From IMG/VR virus record IMGVR_UViG_3300044477_000030, positions 1-64,000 of that record: a stretch of 64,000 bases of DNA. The stretch is one strand, 5' to 3'. The stretch is from a virus. Taxonomy: Duplodnaviria > Caudoviricetes. A model generated the notes under the pieces. That model was not told the DNA's origin and made no database searches. It saw only the letters and a list, made by a program, of their open reading frames with translations. A program made the position numbers and the translations under genes. This document shows positions 8,837-18,010 of the stretch, piece by piece (the stretch's first letter is position 1; every line of letters starts with the position of its first letter).

Positions 8837-9247
8837 ATGGAAAACGAACAAAGCAAAGATCTGCAACTCGGCGATGTGATCAAAGCCCATTCAAGAGACC
8901 GATATAATACAGTCGAAAGGGTAACACCTCATCGTGCTGTTTTGAATGATGGAACTGTCGTCAAAAGAAAATCGAATTTTCTAACTGGTTGGGAAGTAAG
9001 AGATCCTCGTCATGAATGGACACAGATAGGAGGGATGCACTTCTCTCGGTTTCGCGAATGCTCGAAAGAACAAATCAAAGCCATCGACAAGGAAGAGAAA
9101 CGCAAAAGTTTAATTTACGAAATCCAAGATGCGACAGCGCGACAGACCATGCTTGAATATACATATGAAGAGATCAAGCAAATTCATGCAGTTGTCTTTC
9201 CGATCCATTGCTGTTTTCTTCAACGATCGAAAGAAGAATCCAAATGA
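8837..9247 (+). CDS. Hypothetical protein (probably leaderless)
   Basis: TATAAT 8825-8830 followed 6 nt later by ATG; no RBS. Confidence 0.65.
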   Translation: MENEQSKDLQLGDVIKAHSRDRYNTVERVTPHRAVLNDGTVVKRKSNFLTGWEVRDPRHEWTQIGGMHFSRFRECSKEQIKAIDKEEKRKSLIYEIQDATARQTMLEYTYEEIKQIHAVVFPIHCCFLQRSKEESK

Positions 9248-9507
9248 AGATAGACGATCACATTCAAGAAAGACTTGATGAAATTTGGATGAAGGCGAAT
9301 TGTTCCTGGCCGATCATTGTAATCGATAAGTCCTACATCCGAGCAGGGAAAGACATGGAGCCTGTTTGCAGATCCACTCCGTTCATGCGTGCTTATGCGA
9401 TGGGAAAATGGGAACGCAAGCCCCGTCATCTCGATCTTCGCCAGAAATGGATCAGGCAGACTTTCTTCCGCAATCTGATCAAGTTTTTCACAAATAGGAG
9501 TATATGA
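9244..9507 (+). CDS. Hypothetical protein
   Basis: ATGA overlap with upstream gene. Confidence 0.6.
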   Translation: MKIDDHIQERLDEIWMKANCSWPIIVIDKSYIRAGKDMEPVCRSTPFMRAYAMGKWERKPRHLDLRQKWIRQTFFRNLIKFFTNRSI

Positions 9508-9671
9508 TTATGTGGATTTTGATTTTAACATTGATAACAAGCACCGGAGTATCAATCGAAAGCATAGAGGGCTTTGGGTATCAAAGAACTTGTGAGATCG
9601 CAGGCAGGAAATATGTCTCCGATATGGAGAGCGCTCTTAGAAAAGTAACATACCAGTGTGTGCAGAAGTGA
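9504..9671 (+). CDS. Small membrane/secreted protein (55 aa)
   Basis: AGGAG RBS; MIMWILILTLIT hydrophobic start; two Cys. Confidence 0.5.
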   Translation: MIMWILILTLITSTGVSIESIEGFGYQRTCEIAGRKYVSDMESALRKVTYQCVQK

Positions 9672-9715
9672 TTCCCTTAGCATGAGGTGTTTCCTCCTTT
9701 TGACCTCATGCGGAA

Positions 9716-9744
9716 AGAGATCGGGCAACCGGTCTCTTTTTTTT
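9716..9744 (+). terminator. Rho-independent terminator of the + strand block
   Basis: AGAGATCGG-GCAA-CCGGTCTCT followed by a T run. Confidence 0.85.
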
Positions 9745-9771
9745 CTGTATGCAGAAACCATACGATTGTAT

Positions 9772-9805
9772 AAAACAACAAAGGGAGCCGGTTGCCCAGC
9801 TCCCT
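9772..9805 (-). terminator. Rho-independent terminator of the late operon
   Basis: GGGAGC/GCTCCC stem followed on the - strand by TTTGTTGTTTT, just after the endolysin stop. Confidence 0.65.
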
Positions 9806-9830
9806 CGATACTGTTTCCGCACATGGCGGA

Positions 9831-10286
9831 TCAGCTAAAGAACATATTGTACTCGGCTCGACGCCGTTCGCGCAGTCCCTTCAAACTTCTCAATTCCCCA
9901 TCTATCCGAGCCTTGTCCCATTTAACGATTTCCTTACCGGCACCGATGAAGTCACCGGCATTGAGCTTGACCAGCAATGTGCTCCTGGCGAATGCTCCGA
10001 TTCCCGGGTTGTAGATGAATGAGCAAAGAGCGTCCACCATTCCCTGCTTCAGTTCCACCTTCACCAGATCCTTGAGCTTGCAGCAAATCAGATGGCACTC
10101 GGCTTCCACCAAAGCGGATGCCGTGAATTGGGTGATAGGCTTGTCGCTCAACGAAACCTTGCGTCCGCTTGGCCACATGGTTGAGCCGTAGCCGATCGTT
10201 GGGACTCCGGCGGGGCAAAGATATGGGCGGGCGCGGAAGCCCTCCCATCGCTTTATCAGAGCTATTCCCTTGGGCGACACATTCAT
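9831..10286 (-). CDS. Endolysin, GH24 phage lysozyme
   Basis: IKRWEGFRARPYLCPAGVPTIGYGST (E...T catalytic pattern), GLRERRRAE C-terminus. Confidence 0.92.
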   Translation of the reverse strand: MNVSPKGIALIKRWEGFRARPYLCPAGVPTIGYGSTMWPSGRKVSLSDKPITQFTASALVEAECHLICCKLKDLVKVELKQGMVDALCSFIYNPGIGAFARSTLLVKLNAGDFIGAGKEIVKWDKARIDGELRSLKGLRERRRAEYNMFFS

Positions 10287-11143
10287 TGGTAGTTCCTCTT
10301 GTGATACAGTCTGAACCAGTCGGCCACTTCCTCAGAGCACATGACCAACTTCCCGAGCCAGATCTGGGAGTATTCCTCCATGCAGCCGACGTCATCCAAA
10401 GCATAGTTCTGGTTCAGGATCGGCTCGATGCGCAGGAAGCGTTCGCGGAGCAATGCCTGCGCCTGGAATGTGGCAATCTCCTCGTTCCCGCGTGTGGTGT
10501 TCTCTAATAACAACTTTGCCCATTCAAGTTTGCCGGTGTTCCGGTCAACCTCTGGATCTTTCCAATAATCGCCGTTGGTTCCCAAGCTGAACATCCAGAG
10601 TTCGTTCAACCCCCAACCCAACTTGCTCATGCAGCCGGTAATGTGGCACATGGCTGGGTTGTTGGCAACCAGACCTCCATCCACGACTCCGTTCACGGGA
10701 GGGAAATAGGTTGGAGCCGAGCAGGACGCCATGACCACATCCCGAACCAGATCCCCGTCCTTGCAATCCCATACCTTCGGCTTGCCGGTCTTGTAGTTCA
10801 TCGCAACCACAAACAATGGCTTCTTCAGATCGCACATCCGCAGATTTCCAAAGAGATCGGAGAGGATCTGCTTCAGGCCAGTATGCGGATACCTTGGCTT
10901 CCTGGGATCGAGTTTCCATGCCAGATCGGAACTGAAAATGATCGGAGCTGACATCTCGAAGACATTTTTGATCTCGCTCCATGGCATCCCGGTCGCAGCC
11001 GCAGCAGCCAAGATCGAACCAACCGATGTGCCGGAATAGCTATCGAAGCGAGCCAGCCATGGCTTCTTCTCGATACCGGCCATGAAGGACGCAGGCCCAC
11101 AGCCCAATACTCCTCCGCCGTCAAAACTAGCCAACATTCTCAT
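10283..11143 (-). CDS. Patatin-like phospholipase
   Basis: DGGG, GTSVG nucleophile elbow, SAPTYF, DGGLVANNP, SLGT; stop overlaps the lysozyme ATG. Confidence 0.9.
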   Translation of the reverse strand: MRMLASFDGGGVLGCGPASFMAGIEKKPWLARFDSYSGTSVGSILAAAAATGMPWSEIKNVFEMSAPIIFSSDLAWKLDPRKPRYPHTGLKQILSDLFGNLRMCDLKKPLFVVAMNYKTGKPKVWDCKDGDLVRDVVMASCSAPTYFPPVNGVVDGGLVANNPAMCHITGCMSKLGWGLNELWMFSLGTNGDYWKDPEVDRNTGKLEWAKLLLENTTRGNEEIATFQAQALLRERFLRIEPILNQNYALDDVGCMEEYSQIWLGKLVMCSEEVADWFRLYHKRNYQ

Positions 11144-11372
11144 TTCGGAAAACCTCCTCTGCCACCTTGTCCGTGAACCGCTGGGCGATCTTATCGAACA
11201 TAGCGGGTGTGAAGATGCCATCCTTCCTCATCCCCATGAGGGCTTTATGGTACTTCTGAAGTATGCTTATCTTTTGGAAATCCCCGGAGAACAAGTATCC
11301 TTGGAGATCGAGTTGGCGGATAAGGCAGTCGCCGTCCTCATTGAAGTGAATGATTAATTCCTTCTCGCTCAT
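11127..11372 (-). CDS. Hypothetical protein
   Basis: 81 aa ORF packed in the late operon. Confidence 0.6.
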   Translation of the reverse strand: MSEKELIIHFNEDGDCLIRQLDLQGYLFSGDFQKISILQKYHKALMGMRKDGIFTPAMFDKIAQRFTDKVAEEVFRNENVG

Positions 11373-11380
11373 AGGAAAAC

Positions 11381-11731
11381 CTATGGTGCTGGAACTGGAT
11401 CTGGTATAATTCCTTGTGCGAGGATCGTGATCTTCACCCGGTCTGGAGTGCGGATCTTCCCGTCGTTGGTAAATTGAACTTCGACGTAGTAGTCGCCTGG
11501 AACAATAACGTCGGTCTCATCGGCAGGGAAAGTGGCCGTGAATTCACCGGTTGGCCCATCGGTGATGGTGCAATCCACCACTGCGGTTCCATTGGCCAAT
11601 GTCTTTCTTCCCATGTCCACGATCGCGGCTTTGATTGTCCATCCAGAGATGTCCTGGACTACACCGTTGTGGTACACGGTCATGGGGAGAACGATGTCGT
11701 CTCCCGCGCTGTATCTGTTCGGCAATGCCAT
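11381..11731 (-). CDS. BppU-like (baseplate upper/anchor) Ig-like domain protein
   Basis: GDD...V.DISGWTIKA...DGPTGEF.....ET...PGDYYVEVQ pattern typical of BppU N-terminal-like domains. Confidence 0.65.
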   Translation of the reverse strand: MALPNRYSAGDDIVLPMTVYHNGVVQDISGWTIKAAIVDMGRKTLANGTAVVDCTITDGPTGEFTATFPADETDVIVPGDYYVEVQFTNDGKIRTPDRVKITILAQGIIPDPVPAP

Positions 11732-11732
11732 G

Positions 11733-13172
11733 TTATTCTCCGATCGAGAGGGTGTAGAGATCCTGTGGGATGCTCAATGTGTCTGGAGGATCAATTTCGA
11801 TAGTATAGAAATCCTGGGGAACGCTCAAGCTGTTCGGAGGATCAATTTCGATTTGGTAAAGGGATGCAGGAAACGAAACGGTGTACTTCCCGGTTCCGAA
11901 CGATTGTTGTTGGAAGGACGCGATGTTGCATTCATCCATGCCTTCCAAGGCATCCAAAGAGCCGGAGATGTAAACGTCGATGTTGGCCGTGAGAGTGTCG
12001 CCGGATTCGGTCACTCCAAGGACAAACTCGATACCGACCGTGAGGGAAGCCAAGAACGAATCGGCTTCCTCCACAAGCTCCATCGAACCGCTGAAGCCAA
12101 CGGAACCGCCCGAGGTGAAATCATCCGGGCTTTCGTTCGCGTTAAACGCACCGGAGAGTTGGACGGAACCGTTGGCCGTGAAATCGTCCGCCGTTTCGTG
12201 TGCGGACATCTGGAGGGAAATGTAAACGGAACCTGATGCGGTAAAGTCATCCGCGCTTTCCTGCGCAGACATCGTACCGGCAGATCCGACATTGGCGGAG
12301 GCCGTGAAGTCGTCGGCACTTTCTTGACCAGACATGGTGCCGGTGACGGTCTGCTGGACGGAGCCAGATGCGGTAAAATCATCCGCGCCTTCCTGGGCAG
12401 ACATGGTTCCAGGAAAACCAACGGAACCGCTGGTTGTGAAGTCGTCCGCGCCTTCGTTGGCGCTCATGACACCGGCTGCTCCGAGTGCTCCGACTCCATT
12501 GAAGTCGTCCGCGCTTTCGGATGCAGATATTGTACCGGTCAGCCCAATAGAACCCGACACAGTAAAATCATCCGCGCCTTCCTGGGCGGACATGGTGGCA
12601 TTGAGAGATTGGGTTCCGCTGGCTGTGAAGTCGTCAGCCTCTTCCTGGGCGGACATTGTTCCAGCAGAACCCACCGCACCGGAGGCTGTGAAGTCGTCAC
12701 CGCTCTCCGATGCGGACATCGTGCCAGACAACGCAACGGAACCAGATGCTGTGAAGTCATCGGCACCTTCGTTCGCCGACATTGTGCCGTTGTAGGTCTG
12801 GGTTCCAGATGCGGTGAAGTCGTCAGCTCCTTCGTCAGCCGACATTGTGCCAGTTAGCGCCACGGAGCCGGAGGCCGTAAAATCATCGGCCCCTTCGGAT
12901 GCAGACATTGTACCGGTAACAACAACGACAACGGAGCCGGATGCGGTAAAGTCGTCAGCTCCTTCGTTGGCGGTCATCGTGCCGGACAGCGCAACGGAAC
13001 CGCTGGCGGTAAAGTCGTCCGCGCCTTCGTTGGCGCTCATCGTGCCAGACAACGCAACGGAACCGCTGGCGGTAAAGTCGTCAGCTCCTTCGTTGGCGGT
13101 CATTGTGCCCGTTGGCGCATTGACGGCAAGAAGTCCTGTGGCGTGTCCTAACGGTGAGAATCCAATAGACAT
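11733..13172 (-). CDS. Acidic 21-aa repeat virion protein (predicted beta-solenoid fibre)
   Basis: About 19 copies of GTMSAxEGADDFTASGSVxxx; C-terminal (S/T)xPxDxYxIEIDPP repeats. Confidence 0.85.
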   Translation of the reverse strand: MSIGFSPLGHATGLLAVNAPTGTMTANEGADDFTASGSVALSGTMSANEGADDFTASGSVALSGTMTANEGADDFTASGSVVVVVTGTMSASEGADDFTASGSVALTGTMSADEGADDFTASGTQTYNGTMSANEGADDFTASGSVALSGTMSASESGDDFTASGAVGSAGTMSAQEEADDFTASGTQSLNATMSAQEGADDFTVSGSIGLTGTISASESADDFNGVGALGAAGVMSANEGADDFTTSGSVGFPGTMSAQEGADDFTASGSVQQTVTGTMSGQESADDFTASANVGSAGTMSAQESADDFTASGSVYISLQMSAHETADDFTANGSVQLSGAFNANESPDDFTSGGSVGFSGSMELVEEADSFLASLTVGIEFVLGVTESGDTLTANIDVYISGSLDALEGMDECNIASFQQQSFGTGKYTVSFPASLYQIEIDPPNSLSVPQDFYTIEIDPPDTLSIPQDLYTLSIGE

Positions 13173-13185
13173 GAACAGTCTCCAG

Positions 13186-13533
13186 TTATGCAGTCTGCCT
13201 TATAGACCAGGTGAATGTCCTGTCGGTTCCAGTTATCTTTCTGATCCCAAAATCCCAATAACTAATGAGCATTATGGGATCAATGACAATTAAAGGCTGG
13301 GAGTGGGCACCATGGAATCTGATGGTGCGCAAATCCAAAGTCCCTCCTTGATAGACAGCGGAGCCCTGTATCTTCACCTCATAGGTGTCTCCGACTGCCA
13401 TGTTCGATGCATCCACGAGCAACTGATAGAAGCCGGACGCCGTGTTGTTGACCAATCCTATCTGGTTCGCGGTCATGGAATACCACGAAGTCGTTATGGT
13501 GGCCGATCCGCTATATGCTTCGCTGATAGCCAT
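13186..13533 (-). CDS. Accessory virion cassette protein B4 (115 aa)
   Basis: MAISEAYSG...GTDRTFTWSIR, clearly paralogous to 15625-15972. Confidence 0.8.
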   Translation of the reverse strand: MAISEAYSGSATITTSWYSMTANQIGLVNNTASGFYQLLVDASNMAVGDTYEVKIQGSAVYQGGTLDLRTIRFHGAHSQPLIVIDPIMLISYWDFGIRKITGTDRTFTWSIRQTA

Positions 13534-13874
13534 TATGGTACAATCCTTCTGATCCCGTAGGTCATGTCCACAATACTGTCGGACGACTGCAAATAAAATG
13601 TCGCCGAATTCATGATGAGAACGGGATTGGATACAAATCCTTTGCCACTTCCGTATCCGGTGAAGGAATCGTGCCACACGAATCGTTCGGTGTCTCCAGA
13701 TCTGGCTTTTTCTTGCAGGAATATGTGAAGGATGTCATGAAATGTAGCCGTCTCCATCAAAGGGGACAAGTCCACAAATAATTGGTACACGCCTGGGGTT
13801 GTTATGGCGGAACCACAAGCCGCATAGCCGGTGGAAACCGTTATTGTCCCATATTGTACTTGTTCGACTGCCAT
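13533..13874 (-). CDS. Accessory virion cassette protein B3
   Basis: GVYQLFVD, EKARSGDTER shared with B1/B2; TAATG overlap. Confidence 0.8.
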   Translation of the reverse strand: MAVEQVQYGTITVSTGYAACGSAITTPGVYQLFVDLSPLMETATFHDILHIFLQEKARSGDTERFVWHDSFTGYGSGKGFVSNPVLIMNSATFYLQSSDSIVDMTYGIRRIVP

Positions 13875-13875
13875 A

Positions 13876-14730
13876 TCATCCACCGAGAAGATAGAGACCG
13901 CCAGCGTAGGCTGTCTCCAGCGTACCGCTGTCCTGCGCTCTCATGTACAGATTCGAGCCACTTTTCACAAATTTGTAGTAATCGAACGGGGCATTCGGGA
14001 TCTCCGCGAGGGTTTCGACGGAAGCCACCACATAATATCTCTCCTTCATGGCCAGATATTTGTAATTGCTACCGTCTCCACAGGCACTATCCACAAGAAT
14101 GCTTCTTGTTGTCGTGGAAGTATCTCCGGTTATCGCAAAGCCTTGTTGAACCCACCAATAGTTTTTGGTTATATTGGAGGCTATCAGTGTCCATGCACCG
14201 TTGTTTGTTGTCCCTGGTGTCAGCGCAGTCCCGGTGGATGTGGAAGTAGAAACTCCGAACGAATCCACATAGGAACCGAATTGTTGCAACTTTGATGATC
14301 CCGCCCAATGGGTTGCCGTGATCCACACATAGACGCTCGTGGAGGAAGATGCGGACGATTGGTGGAAAGCATACAGCGGAGTATTATACGCAATATGGAT
14401 CGGGAACGAGTAACCTATTTGCGCATTGTAGGAGAGTCCTGCTCCATAACACATCAAATTCGGTATTAGAACATTATTTCCCGCCGAATCAGTACAGATT
14501 TTCACTAGGCGTTGCGTATTTATTCCACTCGGAGATGCCGCCGATATTCTTATTGTGAGGTTACACACTGTTCCGGTTGTTGTATGAACAAGAACTCCCG
14601 TCCCCCATGTATTCGCAGATGCAGCACAAGCAACGGCGGTTCCGTTGTTATTAGATGGCCTGTCGGTCGAATCTACATTTGATTCAACACCTTGGTCTTT
14701 TCCATCTTTTCTAAGATCCCCGAATATCAT
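13876..14730 (-). CDS. Accessory virion cassette protein A4 (284 aa)
   Basis: ANTWGTGV, KICTDSAGNNVLIPNL, TPGTTNNGAWT shared with A1-A3. Confidence 0.85.
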   Translation of the reverse strand: MIFGDLRKDGKDQGVESNVDSTDRPSNNNGTAVACAASANTWGTGVLVHTTTGTVCNLTIRISAASPSGINTQRLVKICTDSAGNNVLIPNLMCYGAGLSYNAQIGYSFPIHIAYNTPLYAFHQSSASSSTSVYVWITATHWAGSSKLQQFGSYVDSFGVSTSTSTGTALTPGTTNNGAWTLIASNITKNYWWVQQGFAITGDTSTTTRSILVDSACGDGSNYKYLAMKERYYVVASVETLAEIPNAPFDYYKFVKSGSNLYMRAQDSGTLETAYAGGLYLLGG

Positions 14731-15590
14731 ATATCTCCCAAGGCATACACCACAATACGGTACGCTCCTTCCAAAGACGCACTATGTTGTGCGCACGCCC
14801 ATATATTCCCCCCTTCTCTCACGCGAACGGAACACTCGTGGAGTCCATTTGGGACGTTAAACATGGATTCACTGGTTGTGCTGAATCCGAATTGAACGTT
14901 GTGCTGAATATAGTGGTACCCGAACGTTCCGCCATATCCTATTGCCAAATCCACATGAGTTGTTCCCACGCCTATATTTGAATCTCCGTATGGAACAATC
15001 ATCGGCTGGAGATACCAATATGTTCTTGGAACACCGGCATAGATCTGGGTTATGACTCCTTCTAGAGTTGTTCCTGGGGTTATCGCAGTGCCGGATGAGG
15101 TCGCTGTGTCTGCGCCAAGGGCATCAATGTAATGTCCACATCTGACCATGGACGGGCGGCTAGGATTCCCCCACACCGTCACCCATACGTCAATTGCAGT
15201 CCCTGCTGTATCTGATGCCTGTGCAAATGCGTACAAGGTTGTGCCGGAGGGTATGTAGAGTGGAAAGTAATAAGTGAGTCCACCCATATTCATGTATGGA
15301 GAACTAAAGGCGAGAAGATTTGGGATCAAGACGTTGTTTCCTGCCGAATCGGAACATATCTTGACCATGCGCTGAACGGAAGATGCAGACGTATCAACAC
15401 CATGTAAAACAATCTGGATACCGTAGCAATCCCCGGTGAGGGTCATTAGAGATGCACCCGTGCCGTAGGTGTTTGCGGTTGTCGATGGGGTTGTGGCCGT
15501 CCCAAATCCACCGGCACCCGCTTTCGGACGAGTGCCATCCGATACATTCGATTGGCGATAGGTGAATTCGTTTAAGAGATTGACAATCAT
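14727..15590 (-). CDS. Accessory virion cassette protein A3 (287 aa)
   Basis: QSNVSDGT.P, ANTYGT, KICSDSAGNNVLIPNL; promoter motif at 15602-15611. Confidence 0.85.
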   Translation of the reverse strand: MIVNLLNEFTYRQSNVSDGTRPKAGAGGFGTATTPSTTANTYGTGASLMTLTGDCYGIQIVLHGVDTSASSVQRMVKICSDSAGNNVLIPNLLAFSSPYMNMGGLTYYFPLYIPSGTTLYAFAQASDTAGTAIDVWVTVWGNPSRPSMVRCGHYIDALGADTATSSGTAITPGTTLEGVITQIYAGVPRTYWYLQPMIVPYGDSNIGVGTTHVDLAIGYGGTFGYHYIQHNVQFGFSTTSESMFNVPNGLHECSVRVREGGNIWACAQHSASLEGAYRIVVYALGDI

Positions 15591-15624
15591 GGCTACTTAG
15601 TATAATACAAAAATTCAAGTCATC

Positions 15625-15972
15625 CTAGGCGACCTTTCTGATCGACCAGTAAAACGTCCTATCCGTCCCGGAGATCTTCTTCATAGTCATGTCCCACCCA
15701 TGGAGCAAAATGAAGGATTCAGAGATGTAAATGGGCATGGTCTGGGCTCCAGCGATGGTCGCGGCCATGAACACGCGCTGGGTGTCGCCGGAACGGGCTT
15801 TCTCATAGAACTTCAGATCGTACACATCACCGGAAGCCATGTTGTAGGTGTCCAGGACGAGTTCATAAACCCCGTCTTCGGTGATCGGGGTTAGGGTCGT
15901 CCCTGCGTTGGGCAACGAATACTCCGTGGTGGAGATGGTCGCTGTCCCAGAATATGCTTCAGATATTGCCAT
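15625..15972 (-). CDS. Accessory virion cassette protein B2 (115 aa)
   Basis: MAISEAYSG, GVYELVLD, EKARSGDTQR, GTDRTFYWSIR. Confidence 0.8.
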   Translation of the reverse strand: MAISEAYSGTATISTTEYSLPNAGTTLTPITEDGVYELVLDTYNMASGDVYDLKFYEKARSGDTQRVFMAATIAGAQTMPIYISESFILLHGWDMTMKKISGTDRTFYWSIRKVA

Positions 15973-15974
15973 AA

Positions 15975-16343
15975 TTAACCTGCTTTCCTTATAGATATTT
16001 GTACTGTTGCAGATGGTATTGTTTTCCGGACAGTGATTTTCCATCCTGCCGACAACAATACCGGAGGAGTGACCATCATTTGTAAATTGGGATTTGATGG
16101 ATTGAGAGAAAGCGAGAGTTCATGAGACAATCTCTGAGTGTCCCCTGATCTCGCTTTCTCGTATATTTTCACACTAAGATAGGTGACGCTTCTCGATCCG
16201 CCAGGAAGAGTCGGAGGATTGAGACCGTAATAATCTAAAAATACTTGATAAACACCCGCTTCGTTCTCATCGGAACCGCTCACTGTGGTCTCGGTCGTAT
16301 TGGTTGCTAGGATTTGAGATGTTGCGTATTCCGTTATTGCCAT
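15975..16343 (-). CDS. Accessory virion cassette protein B1 (122 aa)
   Basis: GVYQVFLD, EKARSGDTQR, C-terminal SIRK. Confidence 0.8.
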   Translation of the reverse strand: MAITEYATSQILATNTTETTVSGSDENEAGVYQVFLDYYGLNPPTLPGGSRSVTYLSVKIYEKARSGDTQRLSHELSLSLNPSNPNLQMMVTPPVLLSAGWKITVRKTIPSATVQISIRKAG

Positions 16344-16345
16344 AT

Positions 16346-17200
16346 TCAACCCATTGCGTAAATTGCACCCTTGTAGCCAGCTTCGGAAGACGTGGAACCT
16401 TGCACTCTCATGTACAATGCACTTCCCGTCGGAACATATTTGCGAAACATGATCGGATCTCGTGGATGCTTGGATATGGAAGATTTGTTGGATCTCACCA
16501 TGTATCTCTCCCCGGAATATATGATGTTCTTCTCGCTGGAATTGCCATATGCAATATCCACATGATACACACCGTCGAGCATATTCGGAGACCCCACAAC
16601 CCCAAACCCTGTCTGGAAATATTCATAAGGTCTTGTGGTGGAGCCCACAATCTCTGTCCATGCTCCATCGGAAGATGTACCGGGGACGATGGTTGTTCCG
16701 CACGAAGAAGACAGATCGACACCGAGCGCATCGACGTATCGAGCCGGGTTGATGGACATGGGGGATAGACTTCTCGCAAACAAGTAAGTAGTTCTTACAG
16801 TGATTGTTATCGACGAGGACTGATCCGTGCGCAAGAAACCGTACAATGATGCCGACGGAGGGACTGATATTGGGAACAAATATAATATGCTGCCGTTGTA
16901 GAGTTCGGATGCTCCGGTGCATATTATATTTGGGATCAGGACATCGTTCCCGGCTGAATCGGAGCAGATTTTCATCATCATCTGCACAGACGAGCCCAGT
17001 GTGTTTGTGGCCATTGTTATTTGCAATAGTATGAAACAACTTTCGTTTGTGGATGATCCGCCAATACTCACACCCGTTCCCCATGTGTTCGCTGTGGCGG
17101 GGGAAGAGATGGATGCACCATAACCAGGGCCGGGGGCTGTGCTCGTTGTGACGTTGGAAGCACTGTAATCTGCGCAAGAAGTAAAGCCTCGTCCGATCAT
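16346..17200 (-). CDS. Accessory virion cassette protein A2 (284 aa)
   Basis: GAGGTGAG RBS; ANTWGTGV, KICSDSAGNDVLIPNI, PGTSSDGAWTEI. Confidence 0.85.
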   Translation of the reverse strand: MIGRGFTSCADYSASNVTTSTAPGPGYGASISSPATANTWGTGVSIGGSSTNESCFILLQITMATNTLGSSVQMMMKICSDSAGNDVLIPNIICTGASELYNGSILYLFPISVPPSASLYGFLRTDQSSSITITVRTTYLFARSLSPMSINPARYVDALGVDLSSSCGTTIVPGTSSDGAWTEIVGSTTRPYEYFQTGFGVVGSPNMLDGVYHVDIAYGNSSEKNIIYSGERYMVRSNKSSISKHPRDPIMFRKYVPTGSALYMRVQGSTSSEAGYKGAIYAMG

Positions 17201-17202
17201 AC

Positions 17203-18009
17203 TCACCTCACACAATACATGATGAAATAAAAATACATGGCGCCGGTTTGGGTAAATCTGTTGTATGCGCCCGAGGGGACATAATCGTACCAAGAGAACA
17301 TCTGCGACAGATTGACAATGTGTGTTTGGTAGCTATCTGATGCCGCACACCATTCTAATCCGCAAAAGGGGGACGCACTGATGCCTGTGAGTTCTTGTGG
17401 AGATATTACGGTTGTTCTAGATTGTCCAGGAGTGGGCCCGACAGGGGAAATCCCTATCTGTGTGAACGTATAATCGGCAGTCATAATGGGGTTGCCGCTA
17501 TATATTCCATTCCAATAATAAAATGATTTGGTGTTCGCTTCATCCAAACCGTAGGTGTCGATGACTGAGCCGGTTCTCAGCACACCTTCGTGAGTGGGAT
17601 TGCCCACAACTTCAACATGGCAATATAAAGTATCGCTGGATGCCGATGAAGATTTTGAGAAAGCGTAAAGGGTTGTACCTCTAGGAATAGATAATGGAAA
17701 TTTAAAGGTATGCCCTCCCAACAAGGAAGTCGAGACATTCCCACAAAGCAATGGAGGTATTATCACATCGTTTCCTGCCACATCCGAACAAATCTTCAAC
17801 AACCGTCTGACACTTTGCCCGCTACTGGTGAGATTGATTGTGATGAAATGGCAGTCGTGATCCAGAGTCATCAACTCCACCGCACTCCCATATGTATTGG
17901 CACTAGCCGATGGTGGCACAGATGTCCCTAGCGAAGTGATGGATGGCTGTGTGCCATCCGGCACATTCGACTGGAAATACTGGAACTCCATTGTCTGTCC
18001 GATGAGCAT
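17203..18009 (-). CDS. Accessory virion cassette protein A1 (268 aa)
   Basis: QSNVPDGT.P, ANTYGS, KICSDVAGNDVIIPPL; second half diverged. Confidence 0.85.
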   Translation of the reverse strand: MLIGQTMEFQYFQSNVPDGTQPSITSLGTSVPPSASANTYGSAVELMTLDHDCHFITINLTSSGQSVRRLLKICSDVAGNDVIIPPLLCGNVSTSLLGGHTFKFPLSIPRGTTLYAFSKSSSASSDTLYCHVEVVGNPTHEGVLRTGSVIDTYGLDEANTKSFYYWNGIYSGNPIMTADYTFTQIGISPVGPTPGQSRTTVISPQELTGISASPFCGLEWCAASDSYQTHIVNLSQMFSWYDYVPSGAYNRFTQTGAMYFYFIMYCVR

Positions 18010-18010
18010 A

